Positions 8,272 to 17,600 of a DNA stretch of 64,000 nucleotides are shown here, in pieces. Numbering within the stretch: the first letter of the stretch is position 1; each line of letters opens with the position of its first letter. The stretch comes from a virus (Duplodnaviria; Caudoviricetes). Position numbers and translations under genes: made by a program. The stretch spans positions 94,306 through 158,305 of the IMG/VR virus record IMGVR_UViG_3300028833_000073; one strand, 5' to 3'. Under the pieces are notes generated by a model, which saw only the letters and a program-made list of their open reading frames with translations, had not been told where the DNA came from and made no database searches.

Positions 8272-10037
8272 TGTCTATGAAGTTTGATCCATTAGAGTTA
8301 TTCTATGCTAAGCAAAAGACGAATGCATTGAATTTCGACTTTGAAGGATTAATGGGTCCTATTATTCCCAATCTACTTCCACCAAGTATAGATTCATATC
8401 TATATAGCTTAGCTACCCATCCAAAGTATTCATCTAAAATAAAGATGAAGTTTGATTTGATAGACAGAGCTGTAAATGATTATGGATTCGTATTGATGGG
8501 AAGAGGGACCAATCGTTGCATCTACAAACATCAGATTGATGGTAGGATAATGCTTAAGATAGGGTTTGATAGAGCAGGTATTACAGATGCTTATAAAGAA
8601 CTCTATAACATGAACTATCTTAAGCCATTTGTTACAAAGTGTTTCGATGTAAGTCCCACTGGTACTATAGGTTTATTCGAGAGAGTCATTCCGATAACCT
8701 ATAAGGATGAGTTTATATCTGTAGCTGGGGATATATTCGATGTGATAACCAAGTGTTTCATCGGTAAGTATATCCTTGCAGATATAGGTACTAAGTTTTA
8801 TATGAACTGGGGGATAAGAAAGGGATTTGGTCCAGTTCTTCTGGACTATCCTTTTATGTATCTTCTAGATGGAAGAAAGTTACATTGTATCAATCAAGTT
8901 CCGTCACCAATTGGCATGGTAATGTGTAATGGCTTAATAGATTATGATGAGGGTTTCAATCACTTGAAGTGTACTAAGTGTGGCAAGACCTACTTTGCAT
9001 CTGATCTAGCCAAAGAAAACAAAGAAGGCCAATTGGAAATATATGGTGCAAGATTAGGAGGAAAGATGAAAATGTCTACAGGAGAGTATTACATCAATGG
9101 AAAGAAAGTAAGTGAGGAAGAGGTAATGGCTCGTTATTTCGGAGATAAGTCCAATAACAATTATCCGGATAACAATAGGGTATTTGAAGCTGCACCACCT
9201 CCAGTTCCGCCCAGTTATGAAAGGAAGAGGGCAGAAGCTGAGAGGAAGATGAGACAGCAGCAGAACAATACTCCTCGTCAGAGCCAGCCTCATAATAACA
9301 ATAATAGGAATGATCGTCCTAAGGAAACAAGAGTAGAGTATATGTATCGTTACGCTAAGTATACTCTTAAGCGTATGATAAAGGCATCTCGTAATGAACT
9401 CGATCTTGGTAATATCGCATATGCTCTTGTTGATCTTATCATGAACACGAATAATAGTAGTGGTCAGAAAATTGAGAGGAAGGAAGTAATAGCAAAAGCT
9501 CAAGAGCTTGCTCAGGAAGCATTGAATGAGTTTGTTGAGGATTGTAAGAGGTTGAATAATAATCCTACACCTCCTAATAATCCTCGTCCTCAGCCGAATC
9601 CTGCACAAGCAAAGATGCAGGAGAATGTAAAGAAGACAGTAGTAGAACCTACACAGACAGCAACATTATCTCCGGCTCAATCTGTCGCTATTGTACCTGA
9701 GATTGTTGAAGCCGAAGTAGTAGATGATTCTCCTACTGAAGAGGATGATGCAGAGATTCTGAGTGAAGTAGAACAGCTTCATGCAAATGATGCTGATCAG
9801 GTAAATGATATCGTTGATGCTATTGATAATCTTAGTACCGCTGTAGAAGAAGGTAAGAAGATTGCTGAAGCAAACAATGGTATCTCTCCTACTACTCAGG
9901 AAGGATTGAATAGGATTAAGCAGATCAATGACATGGGTAATAATGCACCCCATGTAAAGAAGGAAGAAGCAAAGCCGGCACCTAAACCAAATCCTCCTCA
10001 GAAGATTCCTGGAACAGGTATGGCTTTCACTTTCTAA
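8268..10037 (+). CDS. Protein-kinase-like N-terminal domain, Cys zinc ribbon and low-complexity C-terminus
   Basis: GRGTNRCIYK...MLKIG, ADIG..FYMNWG, PVLLDYP; CTKCG; Pro/Asn/Gln-rich and acidic tail. Confidence 0.6.
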   Translation: MMSMKFDPLELFYAKQKTNALNFDFEGLMGPIIPNLLPPSIDSYLYSLATHPKYSSKIKMKFDLIDRAVNDYGFVLMGRGTNRCIYKHQIDGRIMLKIGFDRAGITDAYKELYNMNYLKPFVTKCFDVSPTGTIGLFERVIPITYKDEFISVAGDIFDVITKCFIGKYILADIGTKFYMNWGIRKGFGPVLLDYPFMYLLDGRKLHCINQVPSPIGMVMCNGLIDYDEGFNHLKCTKCGKTYFASDLAKENKEGQLEIYGARLGGKMKMSTGEYYINGKKVSEEEVMARYFGDKSNNNYPDNNRVFEAAPPPVPPSYERKRAEAERKMRQQQNNTPRQSQPHNNNNRNDRPKETRVEYMYRYAKYTLKRMIKASRNELDLGNIAYALVDLIMNTNNSSGQKIERKEVIAKAQELAQEALNEFVEDCKRLNNNPTPPNNPRPQPNPAQAKMQENVKKTVVEPTQTATLSPAQSVAIVPEIVEAEVVDDSPTEEDDAEILSEVEQLHANDADQVNDIVDAIDNLSTAVEEGKKIAEANNGISPTTQEGLNRIKQINDMGNNAPHVKKEEAKPAPKPNPPQKIPGTGMAFTF

Positions 10038-10103
10038 TGAGACTATAACCAGTATATAAGCCCTATCATATGATAGGGCTTGTCTGGTTTGAAATGAGGT
10101 GTA

Positions 10104-10784
10104 ATGATGTTTAAAGGGGATATCTTTATAACGGATGATTTCCAACTTGCAACTACTCTTAGCTATGATAGTAGATATAGAGTTTTTGCATTGATGGATA
10201 ACTATGAACTAGAGTTTGGTAAGAATAGTAATGTTATTGGTATGCCGTTCTTACTTCCTCCATACAATGCATTAGAGGAAGAGAATATTGGTAATCTTCA
10301 AAATTTTTATAATATTTACTATCAGCACCTGGCTAGCGCTGAAGCAGATAATTATATCACTACATTACTTACAGGGCTCTATAGAGGTTTCAATATCCTT
10401 TTCTATGTTCCTAAGGATGAAGCCCAACTAGAGTTCAGTAAAGCACTGTTGAGATATATCCATGATGTATTTGGAGTCACTATTGGTAGCAAGGATAACA
10501 ACCAATGTGGTTTCAATGTAGCCTTTGAAGACACAGTAAGAATCAAGATGTACTTCTATGGTAATATTCCTGCTATGGATCTAGTGCAGAACATAAAGAG
10601 CAAGATCATGGATCCATTTATCTGTGATCGTATGTGTAATGATCTCGGTATTAGTCCTGGTAATAATTCTGTAGAAGCTATAGATCAATATATTAGAAAC
10701 TATAGGAATAGCCAGAATGTAGTACAAGTACCAGCTCCTAGGAAACTTATAGATCCTCCATTTAAGATAAGAGGATTTGAGTGA
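10104..10784 (+). CDS. Hypothetical protein (C-terminal RKLIDPPF motif)
   Basis: GAGGTG RBS; possibly a distant paralog of the next gene (LxPP...Y..YL...A, NIxxx pattern). Confidence 0.8.
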   Translation: MMFKGDIFITDDFQLATTLSYDSRYRVFALMDNYELEFGKNSNVIGMPFLLPPYNALEEENIGNLQNFYNIYYQHLASAEADNYITTLLTGLYRGFNILFYVPKDEAQLEFSKALLRYIHDVFGVTIGSKDNNQCGFNVAFEDTVRIKMYFYGNIPAMDLVQNIKSKIMDPFICDRMCNDLGISPGNNSVEAIDQYIRNYRNSQNVVQVPAPRKLIDPPFKIRGFE

Positions 10785-10793
10785 GGTGCAATC

Positions 10794-11333
10794 ATGATCT
10801 TAGTAATGAATAGTGAATTCTTCATTCAGAATATAAAGAATGATATGAAGATTATGGATAATTCATTTGTTCTTAGCTGGGATTCTCAGTTAACTCCAGA
10901 GGCAGCAGGATGTCCTATTTGGAGTAGTAGGCATCTTGTTCCTCCAGAGGGAATTAGTAATGACTATGATTATACTAATTACTTATACTTCAATGATAAG
11001 GCTATGGAGTTAATAGCTATCATTGGGTATATGATTAAGACGAATAACATAGTTATCATTCTCTCTAATGGTAATTATGCTGAAGACTTCCTATACATGT
11101 TCTTGAAGTTTATCCAGAACAGATATGGAATAGTGTATAGAGATGTGAAGTGTCTTGAAGATATTCCTGAAGTTCCAGGAGATACAGATAGCTTTAGCAT
11201 TCAAGGACTCTATAACTTCAATGCCTATGACAATAATAGAGTTGTTAGGTATATAGAGTCACTTAAGATATCTGATCCTGACTTTAGGATGTTCTTTGAA
11301 CAGAATCTGAATGAGAAAGCAGCAGAGCTATGA
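10794..11333 (+). CDS. Hypothetical protein
   Basis: GAGGTG RBS, operonic. Confidence 0.75.
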   Translation: MILVMNSEFFIQNIKNDMKIMDNSFVLSWDSQLTPEAAGCPIWSSRHLVPPEGISNDYDYTNYLYFNDKAMELIAIIGYMIKTNNIVIILSNGNYAEDFLYMFLKFIQNRYGIVYRDVKCLEDIPEVPGDTDSFSIQGLYNFNAYDNNRVVRYIESLKISDPDFRMFFEQNLNEKAAEL

Positions 11334-12121
11334 AGCTATATGAGAAGGTGAATTATACTCAAGATATAGCGCTCTTAAAGAATGCTAATATCTACGAGTA
11401 TGATATTGCTAAGGCTAATATATCTGTCCTCTTAAATAGGGGACAGATATCATCTTCTCTATATGACTTTCTTTTTAATCAAGACAATATGGTTAGAAAG
11501 ATCATGGTAGGTAATATGGAGAAGACTAATAAGAATCTTATTAAAGAGAAACAACAAGGTATCATTGATGCTAAGAAGTATCTCTTTGAAGCTAATCATA
11601 TAGATGATAACGAAGTTCTCTCGATAAAGAATGATGCTGTATTCGTTACAAGGGAACTAGATAAACTTGAGTATGGTAATGCTAGATTCACACTAAGGAA
11701 TAGATATAATCTCTTTATTAGAATCCTAAGATTACAATTCTTCTATCTTCTAGATCAAGTGAATGATATAGAGGTATTAGATATAAAGGGTATAAGAGAT
11801 GAGGTTATAGAGAAGCAAGAGGAGTATATGATTGACTTCATTAAGACTCTATTGTTTACCTTTAAGACAGAAGGATCTGATAAGACATTGCTCTTATTAA
11901 GAACATTCAATCATAATTATATGAATAAGAAGTTAGATATCAACTACTATAGGGACTTATACACAGGTAAGTTCCCATTGAATACAGATAGTGTAGTCTT
12001 TTCATATAATGCAGATGCTCTTAGTCAAGACCTTGTAGATTCTGTCGATATAGTAAACAATGGATCATTCCTTAGAGCTATATCGAAAGTATTCTATACT
12101 GAGTATCTTAGGCAGAAATGA
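11330..12121 (+). CDS. Small family-B DNA polymerase palm-like protein
   Basis: IYEYDIAKANISVL resembles motif A; LSIKNDAVF resembles motif C; only 263 aa. Confidence 0.5.
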   Translation: MKLYEKVNYTQDIALLKNANIYEYDIAKANISVLLNRGQISSSLYDFLFNQDNMVRKIMVGNMEKTNKNLIKEKQQGIIDAKKYLFEANHIDDNEVLSIKNDAVFVTRELDKLEYGNARFTLRNRYNLFIRILRLQFFYLLDQVNDIEVLDIKGIRDEVIEKQEEYMIDFIKTLLFTFKTEGSDKTLLLLRTFNHNYMNKKLDINYYRDLYTGKFPLNTDSVVFSYNADALSQDLVDSVDIVNNGSFLRAISKVFYTEYLRQK

Positions 12122-12122
12122 G

Positions 12123-12154
12123 TCCTCACCATAACGGTGAGGATTTTATTTTTT
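12123..12154 (+). terminator. Intrinsic terminator
   Basis: TCCTCACC-ataac-GGTGAGGA plus T-tract. Confidence 0.8.
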
Positions 12155-12156
12155 GC

Positions 12157-12258
12157 ACTAAATACCTCCCATCCGAAGATGGGAATAGTATCTAGCTCAA
12201 CGCAAACAAGTGTTGATTACTTTAGAAAGGATCGCTTACAGAAAAATACGTGCTGGCT
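12157..12258 (-). ncRNA. Putative sRNA, hairpin family, array unit 1
   Basis: AACA-taaaag-TA at 12269-12258; core 12200-12213; C(UUCG)G-capped 3' hairpin. Confidence 0.65.
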
Positions 12259-12284
12259 ACTTTTATGTTAGTACTATATCAAAG

Positions 12285-12383
12285 ACTAAATACCTCCCAT
12301 CCGAAGATGGGAGTAGTATCTAGCTCAACGCAAACAAGTGTTGATTACTTGAACATATTCCTGCCGAAAAAAATTCTTTGCAT
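12285..12383 (-). ncRNA. Putative sRNA, hairpin family, array unit 2
   Basis: AACA-taaaaa-TA at 12394-12383; core 12328-12341; C(UUCG)G-capped 3' hairpin. Confidence 0.65.
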
Positions 12384-12409
12384 ATTTTTATGTTAGCACT
12401 ATATTAAAG

Positions 12410-12513
12410 ACTAAATATCTCCCATCCAAAGATGGGAGTATATCTAGTTCTAACGCAAACAAGTGTTAGATGAACGAACCAAAGTTATGATTTCTCACCC
12501 ATGAGTAATCCCC
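12410..12513 (-). ncRNA. Putative sRNA, hairpin family, array unit 3
   Basis: AACA-atataa-TG at 12524-12513; core 12453-12466 with changed but paired stem; C(UUUG)G-capped 3' hairpin. Confidence 0.65.
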
Positions 12514-12526
12514 ATTATATTGTTAT

Positions 12527-12637
12527 AAAGAAATTAAAAGTTACAGGACCTCCATCCTGCAACTTTTAATTTTTGGTGTATCAGCAATGACTAAAATAAC
12601 CACAGAGAAGAACTATCATTTTCTGCTCTATAGCTAT
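12527..12637 (-). ncRNA. Putative ~110-nt sRNA without the family core
   Basis: AACA-ctatag-TA at 12648-12637; long hairpin at 12531-12572. Confidence 0.4.
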
Positions 12638-12646
12638 ACTATAGTG

Positions 12647-13138
12647 TTACCAATCTGTATCTATATCAACTTCTTTTTCTTTTTTAGCCTTTGGTTTAAA
12701 GTCCTTATGAGTAACATTCTTCTCTGAGTTAAAGTTGGCTACATATACAGTTACTAAGTAGAAGATCTTCTCTGCTAGTAATTCAGTAAAGTACTCTTCT
12801 GAATAGCATAGATATATCTTCTTCTTAAGGGTAGTTGATAGTCTATTTGATACAATATTGGTTATATCCTTACGAATAGTATCTTCTCTTTCTTTATTGA
12901 TGAAATCAAGTCCTGTATCAGGAACTATATTATACATCACATAGTCATTAAGACAGTCATCAAGAAACTCATTTATGAAATTATTCACATCTTCCTTTGA
13001 GTCTTTATATCTAAAATCAGATATAGCTCTAAACTCATCGGTCTTTGTTGCACTATCTAGAACGTCTATATATCTCTTAAGTAGATACAATGCAACTATA
13101 GCTAGAATTACATAGATATATTCAAGCAACTTACTCAC
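12647..13138 (-). CDS. Membrane-anchored hypothetical protein
   Basis: N-terminal hydrophobic helix YIYVILAIVALYLL. Confidence 0.75.
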   Translation of the reverse strand: MSKLLEYIYVILAIVALYLLKRYIDVLDSATKTDEFRAISDFRYKDSKEDVNNFINEFLDDCLNDYVMYNIVPDTGLDFINKEREDTIRKDITNIVSNRLSTTLKKKIYLCYSEEYFTELLAEKIFYLVTVYVANFNSEKNVTHKDFKPKAKKEKEVDIDTDW

Positions 13139-13338
13139 CCCTTAATGGAGAGTAAATGTTCTTTTGCATTTTCATAATCACCATCGAATCGAGATAGAGC
13201 AGCTTTACAAGCATCTAGATCAACACCAGTCTCTTCATTTAACTGTAGAGCTAGTACAGGATCAGCCTGTTTAGCATTAGCTCTTCCATAAGCAGCCTTT
13301 AAATTCTCTGCTTGTTGTCTTTTGAAGTCTTCAAACAC
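13135..13338 (-). CDS. Stand-alone EF-Ts N-terminal (UBA-like) domain protein
   Basis: LQLNEETGVDLDACKAALSRFDGDYENAKEHL matches the EF-Ts pattern VKELRExTGAGMMDCKKALxExxGDxExAxExL; AAAGGAG RBS. Confidence 0.7.
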   Translation of the reverse strand: MFEDFKRQQAENLKAAYGRANAKQADPVLALQLNEETGVDLDACKAALSRFDGDYENAKEHLLSIKG

Positions 13339-13373
13339 AATAATCTCTCCTTTGATTATTAGAAGGTGAACTT

Positions 13374-13778
13374 ATGACAAAGAAAGACTTTAGATACTTT
13401 GCCATAGCTAAAGAGGTATCTAAGAAATCTACTTACAATAGAGTCCATATAGGGGCTATTGTAGTAGGTAAGAATAAGATACTTGGTGAAGGAACAAACA
13501 TGGTTAAATCTCATCCTCTACAAATGAAATATAACAGACTCAATCCAGATATGAAGGAGAACTATGCACATGCAATTCATGCCGAAGTATCTGCTATAGT
13601 TCATACAGGTACAACTAATCTAGAAGGATGTATCATATATATCTATAGAGAAGATAGAAATGGAAAGATTGCTATGTGTCGTCCTTGTATTGGTTGTATG
13701 CAGCTAATAAGAGCTGTTGGTATTAAGATTATCTATTACACTACCAATGATGGTTTCTGTAAAGAAGTTATAGGTTAG
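13374..13778 (+). CDS. Cytidine/deoxycytidylate deaminase family protein
   Basis: HAE and PCIGC zinc-binding motifs. Confidence 0.88.
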   Translation: MTKKDFRYFAIAKEVSKKSTYNRVHIGAIVVGKNKILGEGTNMVKSHPLQMKYNRLNPDMKENYAHAIHAEVSAIVHTGTTNLEGCIIYIYREDRNGKIAMCRPCIGCMQLIRAVGIKIIYYTTNDGFCKEVIG

Positions 13779-14566
13779 AATGCATTACCTTGAAACATAA
13801 AAGCATCATACATACTCACTAGGTTAGGATCATATGGTTGAGCATCTGGTAATGATACTAGTCTATCATTATACTCAGACCAATCATAGATCTCTTGTCT
13901 TATATTGAGTATATCATAGTTTAGACCAAAGTCATTCTCTTCAAACTCCTTAAGATAGAATAGTATCTTATAGGCTATATCCTTACTAATTCCATATCTA
14001 TATTCCTTCAAGAAGCTATACCAATCACCAAAGCACATCTCAGGAGGAATAGATAGTTGGTCAGTATTATGATATAACTGATGAGGAGTAAGTGATAACA
14101 TTACTAGTTGGACCTTATGCTCCTTATGCACTTTCTTTAACAGATAGCATAGTTGCATAGAAGTTAGTCCTTCATTAGATGTATTAGTAATATGACTAGT
14201 GATGATATAAGCAATATCAAAGATGTTTAGCATGTTGTGATGCATCTCTAATGTAGCCATCTCACTAGTTATATTACCATGTACTTGGCATCTATTTAGT
14301 CCTAGCTCCATAAGAAAAGCTTTATAGTTCTTATACGTTCTTGTCTTTCTGAAGTTGCTTATAGCATTCTCCAGAAACTGTCTATAGTCGTCTACGTTAA
14401 GTAGGCTCTCTTTTGTTTGCTTAAACTGTAAAACCATAGGATCATTAGCACAAGAGATAAGAGGATTGTTTCCTGGTACGAAGTAGATATTTGGCATACC
14501 CGTATTACTCTGACCAAGTGCCTCTAATTGTTGTAGTTTTGCTAATGAACTATCGTATTCATTCAT
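13775..14566 (-). CDS. HNH-like phage protein, paralog of 65..880
   Basis: NRCQVH...LEMHHN...LVMLSLTPHQLYH; late-type promoter GACT-tgttaa-TA upstream. Confidence 0.6.
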   Translation of the reverse strand: MNEYDSSLAKLQQLEALGQSNTGMPNIYFVPGNNPLISCANDPMVLQFKQTKESLLNVDDYRQFLENAISNFRKTRTYKNYKAFLMELGLNRCQVHGNITSEMATLEMHHNMLNIFDIAYIITSHITNTSNEGLTSMQLCYLLKKVHKEHKVQLVMLSLTPHQLYHNTDQLSIPPEMCFGDWYSFLKEYRYGISKDIAYKILFYLKEFEENDFGLNYDILNIRQEIYDWSEYNDRLVSLPDAQPYDPNLVSMYDAFMFQGNAF

Positions 14567-14643
14567 ATCTACTCACCTCACAGTATTATTAACAAGTCAA
14601 AAGTTAGACACCATAGTAATGTTGGTAAGAGGAGGGATAATCA

Positions 14644-17600
14644 GTGGCTTATCAACTTAAGAAGATATTTAGTAATAATCCTTTCTTAGATCATATAGTA
14701 TATCAGTCTAAATATATTGCACTTAACTGTGTATGCAAGGATATCAATAAAGCAAATAAGTATGAAACAGCAGAGACAGCTAGAAACTTCGATATCTATC
14801 TAGCTTGTACTCGTAATCCAGATTGGTTTCTATTTGATAGTATTCCGTATGAAGTTATTAAGAAAGCTATAGGTCATAAGTATAGTGATAGACAGATAAG
14901 ACGGATATATGTTCCCTATAAGGATAATATCCCTGAAGAAGATAGACCAGCAGTATTAGCTGAAATGGCTAAATACTATATAGAGCATTTTGAAGAGAAG
15001 AATGATTACTATAGAGAGGTAATGGGATATAGACCATCATATAGTAAAGAGAGAATCTTATTAGAAGATTATGGATTTGAGAATGATCTAGTAGCTCAGC
15101 AAGGTAAGTTATATACATATCTAGATGAACTACCAGATTCTATTCTATATAATCTTATAACCAATGGTACCATTCAGAAGATTATCAATGATTATCCTGA
15201 TGAGAAATGGGTAGCTCATATCCCTATGAGAATAGACACTAGTGAAGATGGTACTGATACATTATCTCTCTACATGGTAAGACATGCAGAAGAGTTCGAT
15301 TTACTATATATGCCATCAGATGCAGATGAGATCATAAGAGAACAGTTTGCAGAGAGATATGAGTTAAACCAAGACTATATTCTAGGTAATGTATACTCGG
15401 AAGCAATGAAGATAGGATCTGAAGATTACTATGATAACTTCATACAGATCCTTATCATAACCTGTACTATGTTAGATATGTTTGATACAGTACAAGATCA
15501 TATAGTGAGAAGAGATATCTTCGATGCTAGGTGTATTGAATATATCTTTGAGCAGTACAATGTACCTTACTATAGTGAAATTCCTATTAGATACCAACAA
15601 GCTATGCTTAAGAATCTAAATACTCTAGTGAAGTTTAAGTCAACGGCTAGATGTATGATAGATCTTTGTTCATTATTTGGCTTTGAATCATCTCAGATCT
15701 TCCAATTCTATATACTTAGAAAGAGAAAGATGAATGAGAATGGAGACTATATCTTTAATTATAAGACTATTATAGTTCCTAATGATGTAGAGGAAGTAGT
15801 AAAGCAATCAAGTGTCTATACTATCTCCAATACTACTAAAATATTCATCACTATCAATCCTCCTATAGTGAATTTCTATGAAGATGTCAATCATAAGATT
15901 CTAGTATTCCTTAATGGAGAGCTAGTAGATCCTAGTCTATATGATGTAGATGAAGAGAATAATAGAATTATCTTCCATAATAGCAATGATATCAATGAAG
16001 AAGATATTACTTTAGAATACGTTTATACTAATCCAGATGGTACAGATATAAAACAAGATACTCAAGAGATACTAGTATCAGATTTAGATATAGACGGAGG
16101 TGCTAATCCGGTATATATCAGAATAGAGTTTCCTATTGGATATAATGATGCAGAAATTAAAGGAATATCAGTGTTTATAGATGGAGTTGAGCTAGATGAT
16201 ACATATTGGACTACAGTTGGTGGATTGCTAATGATAGTACGTGGTAATCTCATACATGACACCTATAAGATAACGATTAATTTTACATGGAGAGATCCAG
16301 ATTATATAGATTTAATTAGACAGAAAGAAGGAGCAGAGTCTCAGAGCACTACTAATCATGTTATAGCTATTGAATATCCTATAGATCACTTTGGAGATGA
16401 TGAATCAGATAAGATTATAGTTACTACAGAGAATGGTAAAGTATCTCCAAATGACTATATTATCTCAGGTAATAAGATATTCTTCATAGGAGAAGATATC
16501 TTAAGAAACAATGATAAGATTATACTTATATTCCAGCACGGTACTGACCCGATACAAGAATACACTATACAATACTATACTAGAAATATCCTTAAGACTT
16601 ATGTCATTCTTAATTACCCAGTAGAGAACTACTTCTCTAGTGGTAATAAGGTTGAGGTATGGATTAATGGACAGCTACTACCAGAGCAATATTACTCAGT
16701 CTATGATGATAAGCTCTATATAGAAGATGAGAATATACTAAAGAATTATGAAGACATAGAAGTCAAGTATTTATACAATAACAGTGAAGAGGAGATAAAT
16801 ATTCCAGATCATTCTATCATCATGAGTGATGAGTCTATGATATATACATCATCTCAGAGCATATATACTCTTCATCCTCCTGTAGAGAATTACTTTGATC
16901 TTGGCGGATATATCTTTGTCATACTAGGTACCTTATTACTACATGAAGACTGTTATGATATTCTACCTGAGTCTAATCAGATCTTTATCCATGCCGATGT
17001 ACTAAATCATTATAAATTTACTAAAGATATGAAGATACTATATATGTACTCGGAGGCAATAGATCTTAAGAAGAAAGATGTAGATGTAATATCAACTCAG
17101 AAGGGACAAACATCCTTTATTATACCAGAACCATTTGAAGGTTACTATGAAGCAGGAGGAAGATTCTTCTTATCTACTGGTGGAGGATATATACATGAGT
17201 CTAGATACCATGTAGAAGGAAATACTCTTATCTTCAATAGTCCTAATGATGGTCTTCCAGAAGGTAAGACATTAACCTTCCATTTCATCTATAACTTGTT
17301 TAGCAATGTAGGTATAAGATATGAGAATGTAATTCTTACAGCTACTAGTAATCATCAGACTACATTTACTATACCTTTACCTTATGAGAATTATATAGCA
17401 GATGGTAATCCTATATTTGTAAAGATTCGGGGATCATATCTTGATCCTCAGTTCTACGAGATTCTTAAGAATCAAATAGTCCTTCATAATAACTACAGTC
17501 TATATCCAGGAGCAATACTAGAACTAGAGTTTGTATATGGAACTATTAAAGAGATTAAACATACTATGGTTGCTGTAAAGGCTACTATTACAGTACAACA

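Larger units (their letters stand above)
12157..12524 (-). repeat. Tandem array of three ~125-128 bp units: conserved scaffold plus unique ~35-43 bp segment
   Basis: Units start at 12157, 12285, 12410 with actaaata(c/t)ctcccatcc(g/a)aagatggga...aacgcaaacaagtgtt. Confidence 0.95.

Noticed and set aside
12157-12524. CRISPR array
   Set aside because: The constant part is ~85-90 bp with an internal promoter and terminator per unit, there are only three units, and no cas genes are visible in the window.
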